64,000 bases of DNA, from the NCBI GenBank assembly GCA_963695875.1, contig CAVOID010000011.1, forward strand, positions 192,001 to 256,000, in the 5' to 3' direction. Below, in pieces: positions 39,739-50,409 of this stretch. The translations under genes were made by a program, and so were the position numbers. Origin of the DNA: an uncultured delta proteobacterium (lineage in GTDB: Bacteria > Desulfobacterota > Syntrophia > Syntrophales > UBA2185). The notes under the pieces were generated by a model. It did no database searches, was not told the origin of the DNA, and saw nothing but the letters and a program-made list of their open reading frames with translations. Every line of letters begins with the position of its first letter. Position 1 is the stretch's first letter.

Positions 39739-41328
39739 ATGGAAGAACGAAACATGAAAGAGCTGCCCATGTCCAGTGCATTCCTGGATCTGTGTAATGC
39801 AGTGACATCTCTCCCCTACAGGTTGATGGACATGAACATAAAAACGATCATGTCCTCGGCAGAACTAATGAAGGCAACCCAAGCATACGCGAATGGCCTT
39901 TACAGCTACTACTTCAACTTCATGGCTCCTTACTGGGTCGCGTTAAACTCCTTTCAAGCCATGGAGAAAGTAAAGCTCATCAATCATGGGCCTGATGAAA
40001 CAGCCAGGGATTATCTTGAGCTTTTCCGATTCAACCTCGAGATTGCAAAAAAGGGGTTACTCAGCACGCTGCGGACGGTGAATCATTTTCATGCCCGGGA
40101 ACTGGAAAGAACCATTTCGGCATGGATAAATACGGTCCTCGACCGAAAAGGAGAAGATATATCATCATACACGCAACGACTGTCCAGGCTCATGGAAATG
40201 CTGACCTATCATTACCCGGAAGTAATTCGCGACATCGAACCAGAATTCGGTTTCCATTTTGACGATGGCGGATATCTCAAGGTGGCTGAGACGGATCGCT
40301 TTTATCTCTATCAGGTTTTACCCTGGAAGAATAAGACGCGGGTGAGGCAGAAAAGCAAACCGATCCTCATTATTCCCCCCTATGTATTGGGCGCATCCAT
40401 TGTTGGCTTCTTGCCGGGCGAGGATAAAAGCTATACCCACTGCTTCGCGAACCAGGGCATTCCAACGTATATCCGGATTATGAAGGATATCAATACCACC
40501 CCGGCGGTGCAAATCACGACAGGAGAGGACGACTGCCTCGACACCCGACATTTCTGTGAAATCATTAAGGCAAGACATGGAAAACAGGTGACCCTGAACG
40601 GTTTCTGCCAGGGCGGTTTTGTTGCATTGCTAAGCTTGCTCTCCGGGAAACTGGACGGCCTGGTTGATGCCTTTATTACCTGTGTGGCGCCGATTGACGG
40701 CACACGCAGCACGGCACTCGTGGAGTACCTCGAACACATCCCGGACCGATTTAGGGATCTGGGGTATGCTTTGAAAGCCATGCCCAGCGGGAATCAGGTT
40801 GTTGATGGGAAGGTCATGAGCTGGGTTTACAAGCTGAAAAGCATGGAGCGAGAGGCGCCCATTTTTACGTTCTACCGTGATCTCAAGATGTTTGATGCAC
40901 CAAACGTCGATGAGGTGAAAATCAGCAAGACAGCTGCAGCTCTTAATTACTGGCTTACTTATGAACGCAATGATCTTCCCCGCGACATTTGCCAGTTGAG
41001 CTTTGACTCTTTTACAAAACCGATCACCAGTGATGGAACCCTGCCTGTTAAGCTCTTCGGGCAGGAACTGAACTTCAAGCGATTAAAAGAAATGAATATG
41101 AAGTGGCTCCTCTGCTATGCGGAGGAGGATGACCTCGTGGATAAAGAAGCTGCTCTGGCACCGCTGGATTATGTTGATGTGGAGGTTACGGTATTTCCCA
41201 AGGGTCACGGCGCCATTGCGACATCCTGGTCTCTCCCGACATCTGAATGCGCGCTCCATACATGTTTCCGAGGTGGATACCGTGGTCCAGTGCGCTACCA
41301 GTTAGACCTCGATAAGGGAACCGCGTGA
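39739..41328 (+). CDS. PhaC-like alpha/beta hydrolase (divergent PHA synthase or depolymerase)
   Basis: PILIIPPY, GFCQGG lipase-box Cys, EEDDLV Asp, KGHGAI His. Confidence 0.7.
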   Translation: MEERNMKELPMSSAFLDLCNAVTSLPYRLMDMNIKTIMSSAELMKATQAYANGLYSYYFNFMAPYWVALNSFQAMEKVKLINHGPDETARDYLELFRFNLEIAKKGLLSTLRTVNHFHARELERTISAWINTVLDRKGEDISSYTQRLSRLMEMLTYHYPEVIRDIEPEFGFHFDDGGYLKVAETDRFYLYQVLPWKNKTRVRQKSKPILIIPPYVLGASIVGFLPGEDKSYTHCFANQGIPTYIRIMKDINTTPAVQITTGEDDCLDTRHFCEIIKARHGKQVTLNGFCQGGFVALLSLLSGKLDGLVDAFITCVAPIDGTRSTALVEYLEHIPDRFRDLGYALKAMPSGNQVVDGKVMSWVYKLKSMEREAPIFTFYRDLKMFDAPNVDEVKISKTAAALNYWLTYERNDLPRDICQLSFDSFTKPITSDGTLPVKLFGQELNFKRLKEMNMKWLLCYAEEDDLVDKEAALAPLDYVDVEVTVFPKGHGAIATSWSLPTSECALHTCFRGGYRGPVRYQLDLDKGTA

Positions 41329-41428
41329 TTGAACCTGTGACGGTTTACCTGAGGGCCCCGGTTCCATTGCGTTGCCGGGCTTGGTTTATCCAGGAACGGA
41401 ACATGCCTGGCATTTTTGAACAGGAGAA

Positions 41429-41932
41429 ATGGTGATGGACAAAAAATTCCTTGAATTCTGGGGGACTTTCCTGCTGAATGCAGCCAAGGGACAGGAGCAT
41501 CTGGAGAACATGACCCAATGGTTCAGCGAGGGTTTCAAAGGCTTTGAGCAGCAAATGAGTCTTTTCCGGAAGTGCTATGGCCTCGACCGTGAACCCGAAT
41601 CGTCTCCCAATTACATGAAGATGTGGTCAAAGGCAACATCTGATTTTCAGAATTCCTATAAGGAATTACTGGGCCTTATGGGATTGGTTCCAAAAGAGGA
41701 ATATCTTACCCTGGCAGAAAAATATGAAGCATTGAAGGAAAAGCTCGCTTCCCAGGATGAAACGATCCGTCATCTGAAGATGAAGAGCACTGCAGGGGAC
41801 ATCGATCAGGGCGAGGTCGTAAAGGGATTCGAGGTGCTTATGAAAAACCAGGCCGAGCAGTTCCAGGAAGTGATGAAGTCCTTTGGTCAACTCTATAAGG
41901 AACCCCAGAAGAAAAAGAACACGAAAAAATAA
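41429..41932 (+). CDS. Hypothetical coiled-coil protein in the pha locus (PhaE-like features)
   Basis: LMGLVPKEEY..L..KYEALK resembles the PhaE C-terminal motif. Confidence 0.6.
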   Translation: MVMDKKFLEFWGTFLLNAAKGQEHLENMTQWFSEGFKGFEQQMSLFRKCYGLDREPESSPNYMKMWSKATSDFQNSYKELLGLMGLVPKEEYLTLAEKYEALKEKLASQDETIRHLKMKSTAGDIDQGEVVKGFEVLMKNQAEQFQEVMKSFGQLYKEPQKKKNTKK

Positions 41933-42312
41933 TTTAATGTTTCACCCGGAAATGCCATAAGAATTATGAATCAAAGAACAAGACACCGGGTGCAGAGTAA
42001 GGATTCGGGTACTGATCCGGACTTCCAATTTCTGAATATATACTTTACGCCGCCGGCGTGTTTCCCAGGAAGAAAGAAACATGATTCGGTGGGTGCTCCA
42101 CATCTTCCTCCATCTCAAAGTGCGTAACTGCGGACGTCGCTCCAGCTACTATGAAATTCAATCGAATCTGTCAACGCCAACCCTGAACATTCGAATTCGG
42201 ATATTGATCATTCTTCAAGATTAACGTTTCTCAAAAACGCAGCCGTTCAGAAGAGTCTGTATTTCTGATATGTACTACAAAATAAACATCTCATTAAAAA
42301 AAGAGGGGAAAC

Positions 42313-43218
42313 ATGAATAAGGAAGAAAAAGAAAAGAGTATGCCACAAGACGCCCTCCTTGAATCCTGGATCAAGACTTCCACGGATTTATGGAAATCTA
42401 CAGCATCCATGTGGCCCGCCCCCTTTGGGGGGATTTCACCGGTACCTGGCGAAGCAGGGAAAGAAGGGGGGGATAAAAGCACCGAGGATTCATGGAACAT
42501 GCTTTCTGAAATATGGCAGGTGCTTTTCAACCTCATCAACAAACCCGTGACGGGCGAATTTCACCCTTTAAACTCTCTCCCCGAATGGATGCTGAAGGCC
42601 TCCCAGCCCCTGTGGTCCGGATATCTTCTGTTCCAGAAACAGTGGATGGAGGGGGAGGAAAAAGTCTCCGCGGGGGAGCTTGAAGGCTTTGCAAACATGG
42701 CCCAGAAAATGAAGAAGGCGTGGCTTGAAATGTACGAAAAGGAGTTCGGGCAAATCCTGAAAATGCCTCAGCTGGGACTGACACGTTTCTACCAGGAGAG
42801 GATGAACCAAACTATTGAAAAATTTACCCAGTTTCAGGGAGCGTTGACCGAATTCATGCAGATTTTATTAATTCCTATGGAGAAAGCCTATAATGAGGTG
42901 GGGACGGAAATTAAAAATTTAGAGAAACAGGGAAAAGAGGCTCTCAAGGATTCCAAGGCATATTATCAATTCTGGATTAAAAAAATGGAAGAGAACTATA
43001 TGGTTCTCCTAAAGTCTCCCGAATATACCGAAACACTGGGGAATACCGTAAAAGCCCTGCACGATTTCCGTATAGTGAGATCGCATCTTTTCATGGATAT
43101 CTTGCAGGACTTACCCATCCCGACAAACAAGGACATGGATGAACTTTACAAGGATCTGTACCTTTTGAAAAAACGGGTCAAAGAACTCGAGAAGAAGGTG
43201 AAGAGCTATGAAAGATGA
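42313..43218 (+). CDS. phaE: Class III PHA synthase subunit PhaE
   Basis: MPQLGLTRFYQE, YQFWI..EE.Y, LPIPTNKDMDELYKDLY.LKK. Confidence 0.92.
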   Translation: MNKEEKEKSMPQDALLESWIKTSTDLWKSTASMWPAPFGGISPVPGEAGKEGGDKSTEDSWNMLSEIWQVLFNLINKPVTGEFHPLNSLPEWMLKASQPLWSGYLLFQKQWMEGEEKVSAGELEGFANMAQKMKKAWLEMYEKEFGQILKMPQLGLTRFYQERMNQTIEKFTQFQGALTEFMQILLIPMEKAYNEVGTEIKNLEKQGKEALKDSKAYYQFWIKKMEENYMVLLKSPEYTETLGNTVKALHDFRIVRSHLFMDILQDLPIPTNKDMDELYKDLYLLKKRVKELEKKVKSYER

Positions 43219-44407
43219 AAAGCAAGTCAATCTAAGCGATATGATGGGTCCTTTCAAAATGGCCGGCGATCTTATTTTTGCGGGGCTGGCAGGGGATACG
43301 GCCAAGCTCTACAATTATTTAAGAGATGCCCGGAATGTGCTGCTCAGTCCGATGAAAACGGACATCGCCACGACCCCTTACGAAGTGGTTTACGAGGAAG
43401 ACCGGGTAAAGTTGAAATACTACAAGCCTGACACGGAAACCCGGCTCAAGCATCCCTTCCTCATTGTTTATGCCCAGGTAAATCGAGAGACCATGCTGGA
43501 TCTCCAGCCGGGAAGAAGCGTTGTGGAGACATTCCTCAGGGCGGGGCTCGATTTTTACATGATTGACTGGGGGTACCCGACCCGGAAGGACCGGTACCTT
43601 ACCCTTGATGATCATATCAACGGATATATTGACAATATCGTGGATTTTATTCTCGAGAAGCACAATATTTCCAGCCTTCACCTGATGGGCATCTGTCAGG
43701 GAGGAACTTTCTGTGTCATCTATGCAGCTTTGCACCCAGAGAAGATTAAGAACTTCGTAACCACCGTGACGCCAACCAACTTTGACACGGACGCAAGCCT
43801 CTTAAATATCTGGGCAAGGTCCCTCAATCCGGATGAACTGGTGGAGGCTTATGGAAATATCCCAGGAGACATCATGAATCTCGGATTTCTCCTCCTCAAT
43901 CCGGCCCGCCTGATGATTGACAAATATGTAGGCTTTCTCGAGAATGTGAATAACTTTGATTTCGTGGAGAACTTTGTCCGCATGGAGAGATGGATCTTCG
44001 ACAGTCCCGACTTACCGGCGGAGACATTCCGGGAATTCATCACGAATTTCTATAAAAAGAACCTTCTGATAAAAAACGAGTTGGAAGTTGGCGGCAAGAA
44101 GGTGGATCTCAAGAAGATCACCATGCCTGTGTTAAACATCTATGGGAAGTACGATCACCTTGTCCCGCCCGCCGCGTGCGATCAGTTCATCGGTAAAATT
44201 GGAAGCAAAGACAAGGAAGATCTCTGCCTCGACACGGGGCACATCGGCATCTATGTCAGTTCGAAAACTCAGAAAGAGTTTGGACCGAAGATTATCCGCT
44301 GGCTGCTGGAAAGGGACGGTGTGGTAGAAAAGGCACCGCAAAAGCCGGTGGCCAAGAAGCCTGTTGCGAAGAAGAGTCAGGCCAAGGCGAAGGCGCCAGG
44401 CAAATAG
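43208..44407 (+). CDS. phaC: Class III PHA synthase PhaC
   Basis: TPYEVVY, LDLQP, IDWGYP, GICQGG, MERWIFDSPD, YDHLVP, TGHIG. Confidence 0.95.
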   Translation: MKDEKQVNLSDMMGPFKMAGDLIFAGLAGDTAKLYNYLRDARNVLLSPMKTDIATTPYEVVYEEDRVKLKYYKPDTETRLKHPFLIVYAQVNRETMLDLQPGRSVVETFLRAGLDFYMIDWGYPTRKDRYLTLDDHINGYIDNIVDFILEKHNISSLHLMGICQGGTFCVIYAALHPEKIKNFVTTVTPTNFDTDASLLNIWARSLNPDELVEAYGNIPGDIMNLGFLLLNPARLMIDKYVGFLENVNNFDFVENFVRMERWIFDSPDLPAETFREFITNFYKKNLLIKNELEVGGKKVDLKKITMPVLNIYGKYDHLVPPAACDQFIGKIGSKDKEDLCLDTGHIGIYVSSKTQKEFGPKIIRWLLERDGVVEKAPQKPVAKKPVAKKSQAKAKAPGK

Positions 44408-44441
44408 AAATTCCAAAAAGTGAGGAGAAGGGGAGAACCAT

Positions 44442-45488
44442 ATGGCTGAAAAAAATGACTATTTCAAAGCGATGAGTAAAATTTGTAAGGCTTTCGGACT
44501 GACGGGGGACAGGGATGAACTCCTCAATCTCGTTGTTCTGAGTGCCGTGGAAACGATTAAAGCCAAGGCAGCATGCCTCTATATGAAAGGCAAGGAGAAA
44601 AATAAATATGTAGTCGTTGCTCAGACAGGACTTTCCAAGAACTACCTTCAGGCGGCACAGAAGCGTGTCGGGCACGTCATGAAGCTTCTAAAAGAAAAGG
44701 ACTATATTCATTATCGTGACGCGAAGACAGATCTCAGGCTCCCGAACCATGAATCTATCATCTCTGAGGGAATCGGTTCCATTTTAATTGTTCCGGTCAT
44801 GGTAAAGGGGCAGATGATTGGTAGCCTCGCCCTTTACACATCCGACATCAAAGACTTTTCCAAAAAGGAGATTGAATTTCTCTCCATCCTTGCCGAACAG
44901 GGAGGCACAGCCATTGAAAATACTAGCTTGATAGAAAAAATGAGAGAACAGACGAGAATTTTCCTCGAACTTGCCGCGAGTATTATGGAGAGTCAGGATA
45001 TAAAGAAGATTTTGCATACGTTGACTGCTGATGTTGCAAAGGCTATCGGAGTAAAAGCAGCCTCCATTCGCCTCCTGGATGATGCTAAGGTCACATTGAA
45101 ACTCGCTGCGAGCTTTGGTCTTTCCGAAAAGTATATCAACAAGGGACCCATATCAGCGGAAAAAAGTATCGCAGAGGCACTCAAGGGGAAGCCGGTTGTC
45201 GTCAAAGACGCTGCGAAAGACGGTGGTGTCCAGTACAGGGAAGAAAAGAAAGAAGAGGGGATTGTTTCCATTCTCTGTGTTCCCATCAAGTCGAAGGAGG
45301 AAGTATTCGGTGTCCTTCGGCTGTACACTGAAACGGAGCGGGAGTTCACGGATGATGAAATCCAGTTCGTGACGGCGCTTGCCTATCTGGGAGGTGTGGC
45401 CATTCAGAACGTAAACCTCTATTCGATGTTGAAGAGCGACATCAAAGATCTGAGAGACGATTTCTGGATATTCAAGTCTTGGTTTTAA
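44442..45488 (+). CDS. Tandem GAF-GAF protein with no output domain
   Basis: Two GAF repeats (SILIVP..GSLALY..FS..EIEFL; SILCVP..GVLRLY..FT..EIQF). Confidence 0.85.
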   Translation: MAEKNDYFKAMSKICKAFGLTGDRDELLNLVVLSAVETIKAKAACLYMKGKEKNKYVVVAQTGLSKNYLQAAQKRVGHVMKLLKEKDYIHYRDAKTDLRLPNHESIISEGIGSILIVPVMVKGQMIGSLALYTSDIKDFSKKEIEFLSILAEQGGTAIENTSLIEKMREQTRIFLELAASIMESQDIKKILHTLTADVAKAIGVKAASIRLLDDAKVTLKLAASFGLSEKYINKGPISAEKSIAEALKGKPVVVKDAAKDGGVQYREEKKEEGIVSILCVPIKSKEEVFGVLRLYTETEREFTDDEIQFVTALAYLGGVAIQNVNLYSMLKSDIKDLRDDFWIFKSWF

Positions 45489-45517
45489 TGCAGAGATCAG
45501 ATAAAAGGAGGGTACTT

Positions 45518-45946
45518 ATGATCGGAAAAACAATGAACGAGCTGAACGTCGGAGACGCGGCTGAATTTTCCAAGACCGTCTCCGAAGCCGACGTTTACCT
45601 CTTCGCCGGCGTAACCGGCGACCTGAACCCGGCCCATATCAATGAGGCATACGCGCAGAAGACCTTCTTCAAGACGCGGATTGCTCATGGCATGCTTTCG
45701 GCAGGTTTTATATCGGCCGTCCTCGGCAACCAACTTCCGGGACCCGGCACCATATACATTCGACAGGAACTCAATTTCCTGGCACCGGTGCGGATCAGGG
45801 ACACCGTCACGGCCCGGGTCGAGGTCATAGAAAAGATCACAGAAAAAAACCGTGTCAGGTTCCGGACGACATGCGTAAACCAGGAGGGTACAATGATCAC
45901 GGATGGGGAAGCCCTCGTAAGTCCTCCAAAGGATCTAAAATCCTGA
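45518..45946 (+). CDS. phaJ: (R)-specific enoyl-CoA hydratase (MaoC)
   Basis: TGDLNPAH, RIAHGML, LPGPGTIY, FLAPV. Confidence 0.9.
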   Translation: MIGKTMNELNVGDAAEFSKTVSEADVYLFAGVTGDLNPAHINEAYAQKTFFKTRIAHGMLSAGFISAVLGNQLPGPGTIYIRQELNFLAPVRIRDTVTARVEVIEKITEKNRVRFRTTCVNQEGTMITDGEALVSPPKDLKS

Positions 45947-46157
45947 TATGATATCCTGTTTCATTTGAGTCGAGTAGGCCGGTTTCTCCCGATACTGCAG
46001 GTTAAGGTTTGTTTTCTCCGTTTGCCGCCTGGTTTCCCGGCGGTGCCACAATATTTCAACCATATATCCGTTGGCCCCAGCCCCTCATAAAACGGTTATC
46101 CAAATTTCCATCATGCATATCATAGTGATCGAGGAATTAACATCAATGATTTCAGGT

Positions 46158-47419
46158 TGATCTTTACCCAAAAAAGTGGACACCCAGTTAAGCTTCACAT
46201 GCTTTCTTTTCGAACTCAACAGGAGAACAATAATTAAGCGAGGAGTGTCTTCTGACCCGGTTATAAAATACTTCGATGTATTCAAAAACACTTCCGTGAG
46301 CCTCCCGTCTCGTCCGATATTTCTCAAAGTAAATGAGCTCCGTTTTCAACGTATGAAAGAACGATTCCATTATGGCATTGTCGTAACAATTACCCGACGA
46401 ACTCATGCTCTGTAAAAAACCGCATCGATCCATCAGATCCCGAAAGGCATAACTGGCATACTGAGTCCCCCGATCGGAATGGAATATCAGACCAGCATCG
46501 GGTTTCCTCTCCCTGAGCGCCTTGTGCAGGGCATCAGCAAGAATTCCATGATTTAACCTGTCACTCATCGACCATCCAACAATCTGCCGGTTGAAGGCAT
46601 CAAGGATCGCTGCCAGATACATCCAGCCTTCCTTTGTCCAGATAAAGGTAATGTCAGAGAACCAGACCTCGTTGGCAGCATCTGTCGAAAACTTCCGCTT
46701 CAGAAGATTCTCAGCCACCAGCAGATCGTGACGGGATTTCGTCGTTGCCTGTGAACCTGCGTTTTGTTTTTGCCTTTATCCCATTCTCTTTCATCAGCCG
46801 GGCAATGCGATTCTTCCCGCACTGAATCCCGTTATCCCTGAGTTCCGCTGTGATCCGGGGACTTCCATAGGTCCCACGACCCCTTATGTAAGCCTGCTGA
46901 ATATACAACAGCAACCGCTCATTCTCCTTCTGGCGGAAACTTGTGTTATGCTTTGCCCATGAATAATAACCGCTCCTGGATACATCCAACACCTGGCACA
47001 TCTTCTTCACCGCAAATTCGGAACGGTGTTTGTCAATGAACTGATATCTTACCTTGGGTGCTTTGAGAAGATGGCCAAGGCTTTTTTTAAGATCTCCTTC
47101 TCCTCCTTTAAATCTTCATTCTCCCGCTGTAACCGTCGTATCTCTTCCTCCGGGGACTTCATATGACCCTTCCCAGGAAAGGCATGCTCCATATCCGCTC
47201 GATATTTGCGCCTCCACTGATGAAGTACATTCGGATGAATATCCAAATCCTTGGCTATGTCTCTCACAGAACGCTTACCCTCATCCATCAAGCGAATAGT
47301 CTCATACTTGAACTCCCGATCAAAATACCTCTTGTCCTTACTCGCAACCATGACACACCCCCATCTTCTCTTTAATAACTGAAACTCTTCGGTGTGTCCA
47401 CTAAATCGGGGGAAGACCA
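46158..47419 (-). mobile_element. IS3-family element (orfA 47049-47351; orfB ~46188-47040 with an extra frameshift near 46755)
   Basis: IRs TGATCTTTACCCAAAAAAGTGGACAC and TGGTCTTCCCCCGATTTAGTGGACAC; WFSDITF, HSDRGTQY, DNAIMESFF. Confidence 0.93.
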
Positions 47420-47749
47420 GCTTGTAACCCTCAAAACATCTTTTCTAGCCATAATTAGCTCTATAGTTTCCCAAAAATTCCTTGACAATCCTGCGAATAA
47501 GCTTAAACTACTAGATATTATAGATATTTTCAGTTAATTCGTTAAAATTTCAAACCAACCACCTGGATAGATCTGACTACAGCACGTGCTCTCTTTCTCT
47601 GAAGCACGAGAAAGCCAGTGAGTGCATCTCCCATGCAATTGAGGACTTTGAAAAGTGCGAGGCGGATGTCTTCCTGAAACAAGCAAAGGAAACATTGGCG
47701 GATTTGGGTTAAACTATCATTCCGCTATTCCAATATGAAGGAGGAAATC

Positions 47750-48142
47750 ATGAACCGAAAATCATATTACAAATGGTTATTCATTATTGGTGCCCTATGG
47801 AACTGGGGAGCAGCCGTATTATTTTCATTTTGGCATGATCCAATTTTTGCCCGGTTCGGTTTGAAGGCTCTAAATTATCCCGCCGTCATGCAACTGGCTA
47901 TGGCGTTGGTGTTTGCTTTCGGTATCGGGTATTACTGGGTTTCAAAAGACCTCTCTACGAATCATGACATCGTAAAGTTGGGAATCATCGCCAAGACACT
48001 CGTGTTTGTAGTGCTGTTTTACCATTACCTTGTCGGGAACATTCCTCTGGCACTGGCTTCATGTGGTGTGGTTGACCTTATTTTTGCGATTCTTTTCATG
48101 GAATTTTTAAAGAGTGTAGCTAGTGTTAAGGTATGTTCATAG
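47750..48142 (+). CDS. Hypothetical four-TM membrane protein
   Basis: Four hydrophobic segments; AGGAGG RBS. Confidence 0.75.
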   Translation: MNRKSYYKWLFIIGALWNWGAAVLFSFWHDPIFARFGLKALNYPAVMQLAMALVFAFGIGYYWVSKDLSTNHDIVKLGIIAKTLVFVVLFYHYLVGNIPLALASCGVVDLIFAILFMEFLKSVASVKVCS

Positions 48143-48376
48143 GTGTAATAGTTGCCAGTAAAAAAGTGGAATGGCCCCTGTATGTTTCTGGTACACATAT
48201 TCCCTGTGTAAAAGTACAAGCAAATAAAAAAGGAGGACACGAACGTGAAGAAAAATAATTTACTGCTCATTGCGATTGCGTCATTTCTTTTACTGCCGGT
48301 GATTGGTCAGGCGAGGGCGATTTTAGGGTATCTGGTTTATCGTAACAAAAAACGTAAAGAAAAAGATCACGGGGAG

Positions 48377-48495
48377 TGACCTGCCCACCAAATATGTACC
48401 TACCACATTAAAAGTTAGAATTCTCTGTTTTTCAATTGTTTCTATTTGAAATAGTGCATATGGAAGGAAATATCATTTTCATTGATAACAGGAAG
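48377..48495 (-). repeat. 49-bp site copy 7 (48447-48495) followed by an IS3-type end (48377-~48420)
   Basis: cttcc-tg-N32-cactatttca; same site plus IS-end arrangement as 27622-27738. Confidence 0.7.
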
Positions 48496-48684
48496 AACGA
48501 GATAAAAAGGAAGTTGTTGAGTTCACCTACGAGTCCTTGAACCCGGCTTAACGATAAAAGTGAAGATTACCGATACAAAGCTCGTATTCTCGACTTGATT
48601 GTTATATTCGATTTGCAATCACCCATTTTCATACATTTTTCTTGATATAACGATAGGTCAGTGTATTATAATTGCAGGCATCGA

Positions 48685-48828
48685 ATGAACCGTCCGTATC
48701 GACCTGCTTTGGGAATCGATGCAGCATTAGATGAGATTGCCAAGAACAAGAGTATACTCTATGACCCTGAAGTAGTGGATGCATGCTTGCAGATTTTCAA
48801 TGAGAAGGGCTATAAGCTGGTAGATTGA
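48685..48828 (+). pseudogene. HD-GYP phosphodiesterase C-terminal remnant
   Basis: RPYRPALGIDAALDEI..LYDPEVVDACL. Confidence 0.75.
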
Positions 48829-48987
48829 CGATTACCATCGGAGAGAGAGCAGCTGTTTCAAAATCTTGGGATTCTCCATTTCAGGAAGGTCGTGAATAAG
48901 ATACAATCAATCGGATTTACTGATATTATTTGTCAACCATGTGGCGTCCCAAAAATGAGTATCACGTTGGATTAGAAAGGAGTCGAT

Positions 48988-49185
48988 ATGCATAATAGCA
49001 TCATAAGGGTAACAGGGATAGTATTGCTGTGCGTAATGGCGCTGTTATGTCAGTCATGCGCAACTTTAAAATGCGAAACAGAAAGACAATCATGTAAATG
49101 GGATTGTCCACAGACAGTGGTAATAAAGCAAGCTTGCGAACAAGCGTGTAACATTTCATATGACATTTGCAGAAGCAAAGAATGA
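48988..49185 (+). CDS. Small Cys-rich lipoprotein
   Basis: Signal peptide ending LCQS-C; C-x6-C-x3-C and C-x3-C-x6-C. Confidence 0.65.
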   Translation: MHNSIIRVTGIVLLCVMALLCQSCATLKCETERQSCKWDCPQTVVIKQACEQACNISYDICRSKE

Positions 49186-49809
49186 AAGAGGAATTGGGTC
49201 GCATTGGAACAACCCGACATTTGAGATGCGCACACTTTTTTACCGTAAGGCAGGATTAATGGATCTCAGCGTAGGGTAAGGTGAGCATCTGAACACCGGT
49301 AATTAAACATGATCACTTAATCTCTGCCATGCCCGTGTTCGCTGCATACTTAGGTTGTGCTTTGCCATATTTGGTAGCCGGTGTAATAACTCTGCGTTAC
49401 AGACGGAAAGAAAGCAATTCTGCAAATCACTTGGCGGATCTCTGTTGATTTGGCCCTTTTCGGCATATTTCAGACATGCCTCACCGGCAAATTTCGAAGG
49501 CGTCATGCCTGGATATAGTCATCCCAAAAATATTCTGGATCCCGATAGAGGTGATCGTCGTTCATTTCGAATTGAAACGGAACATGAGCGAACTGATTGG
49601 GAGAAACAACACTAACAGGAAGGAAGCGGTAAATAGGGTAGCGTTGAGTTGACCTACAACTAAATGATTTTAGAAAGCTGCTACTCCGGATTTCTATTTG
49701 AAAGTTACAATGCTCGTAGAAGACGGTGGTGTGGGTGGTTGAAGAAAAAATGGAGATACTGAGAAATAAAACAATGGTTGAGGTTAGAATTGATTTCCTC
49801 ATGGGAAGT

Positions 49810-50067
49810 TCATCTATTGGCGTCTCGAATATTCCTTTCTCTTAAATCTGGGTGAACACACTTATTCCAGTCGTAAATCGTATTGACCCCATTTCTTTTG
49901 CCGACACCGCATTCCATGTTGTGATCGCAATCTATATCTACGATAGCTCTTCCATCTACTTTATCTGTTAAAGCGTTTCTATGAAGGAAAACTTGACGAG
50001 TAATCGTCACTTCAGCACCTATTTTTGAACACTCAAATTCTTCAAATTCGATATCGCTTTCTGGCAT
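49810..50067 (-). CDS. Hypothetical Cys-containing protein
   Basis: 85 aa, four Cys. Confidence 0.55.
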   Translation of the reverse strand: MPESDIEFEEFECSKIGAEVTITRQVFLHRNALTDKVDGRAIVDIDCDHNMECGVGKRNGVNTIYDWNKCVHPDLRERNIRDANR

Positions 50068-50409
50068 TTTTTATACTTTCGCTTCTTTCAACACCAAGAC
50101 GTTTCCAATCTCATCTCGGAACACTTCATCTGTTAAGGTTGTGACCCTTTACTGCGTTCCTTGCAAGAATTACCCTTTTTTCTGTTTGGATCTTATAAGT
50201 CTTTATTGCATCTCCAATCTTTAAAGCCGAAGATTCAACACCATCCGCCAAATTCAATTCATCATATTCAAAATAAATTAATTCTTTAATATCGAACTTC
50301 CAAGATTCTTACATGCCTTTAACCACTACTTATAAAAGTATTTCTCCACAAATCGTTCATTTTCTGCCACTTCCAATTTGGGGTTGGATTGTTGGCTGTC
50401 TGAGGAGGG

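Noticed and set aside
46154..47423. Target-site duplication for the IS3 element
   Set aside because: The flanks (GGT and GCT) differ.
50297..50345. Possible ninth 49-bp site
   Set aside because: Only CTTCC and ATTTC match; the arms and core do not.
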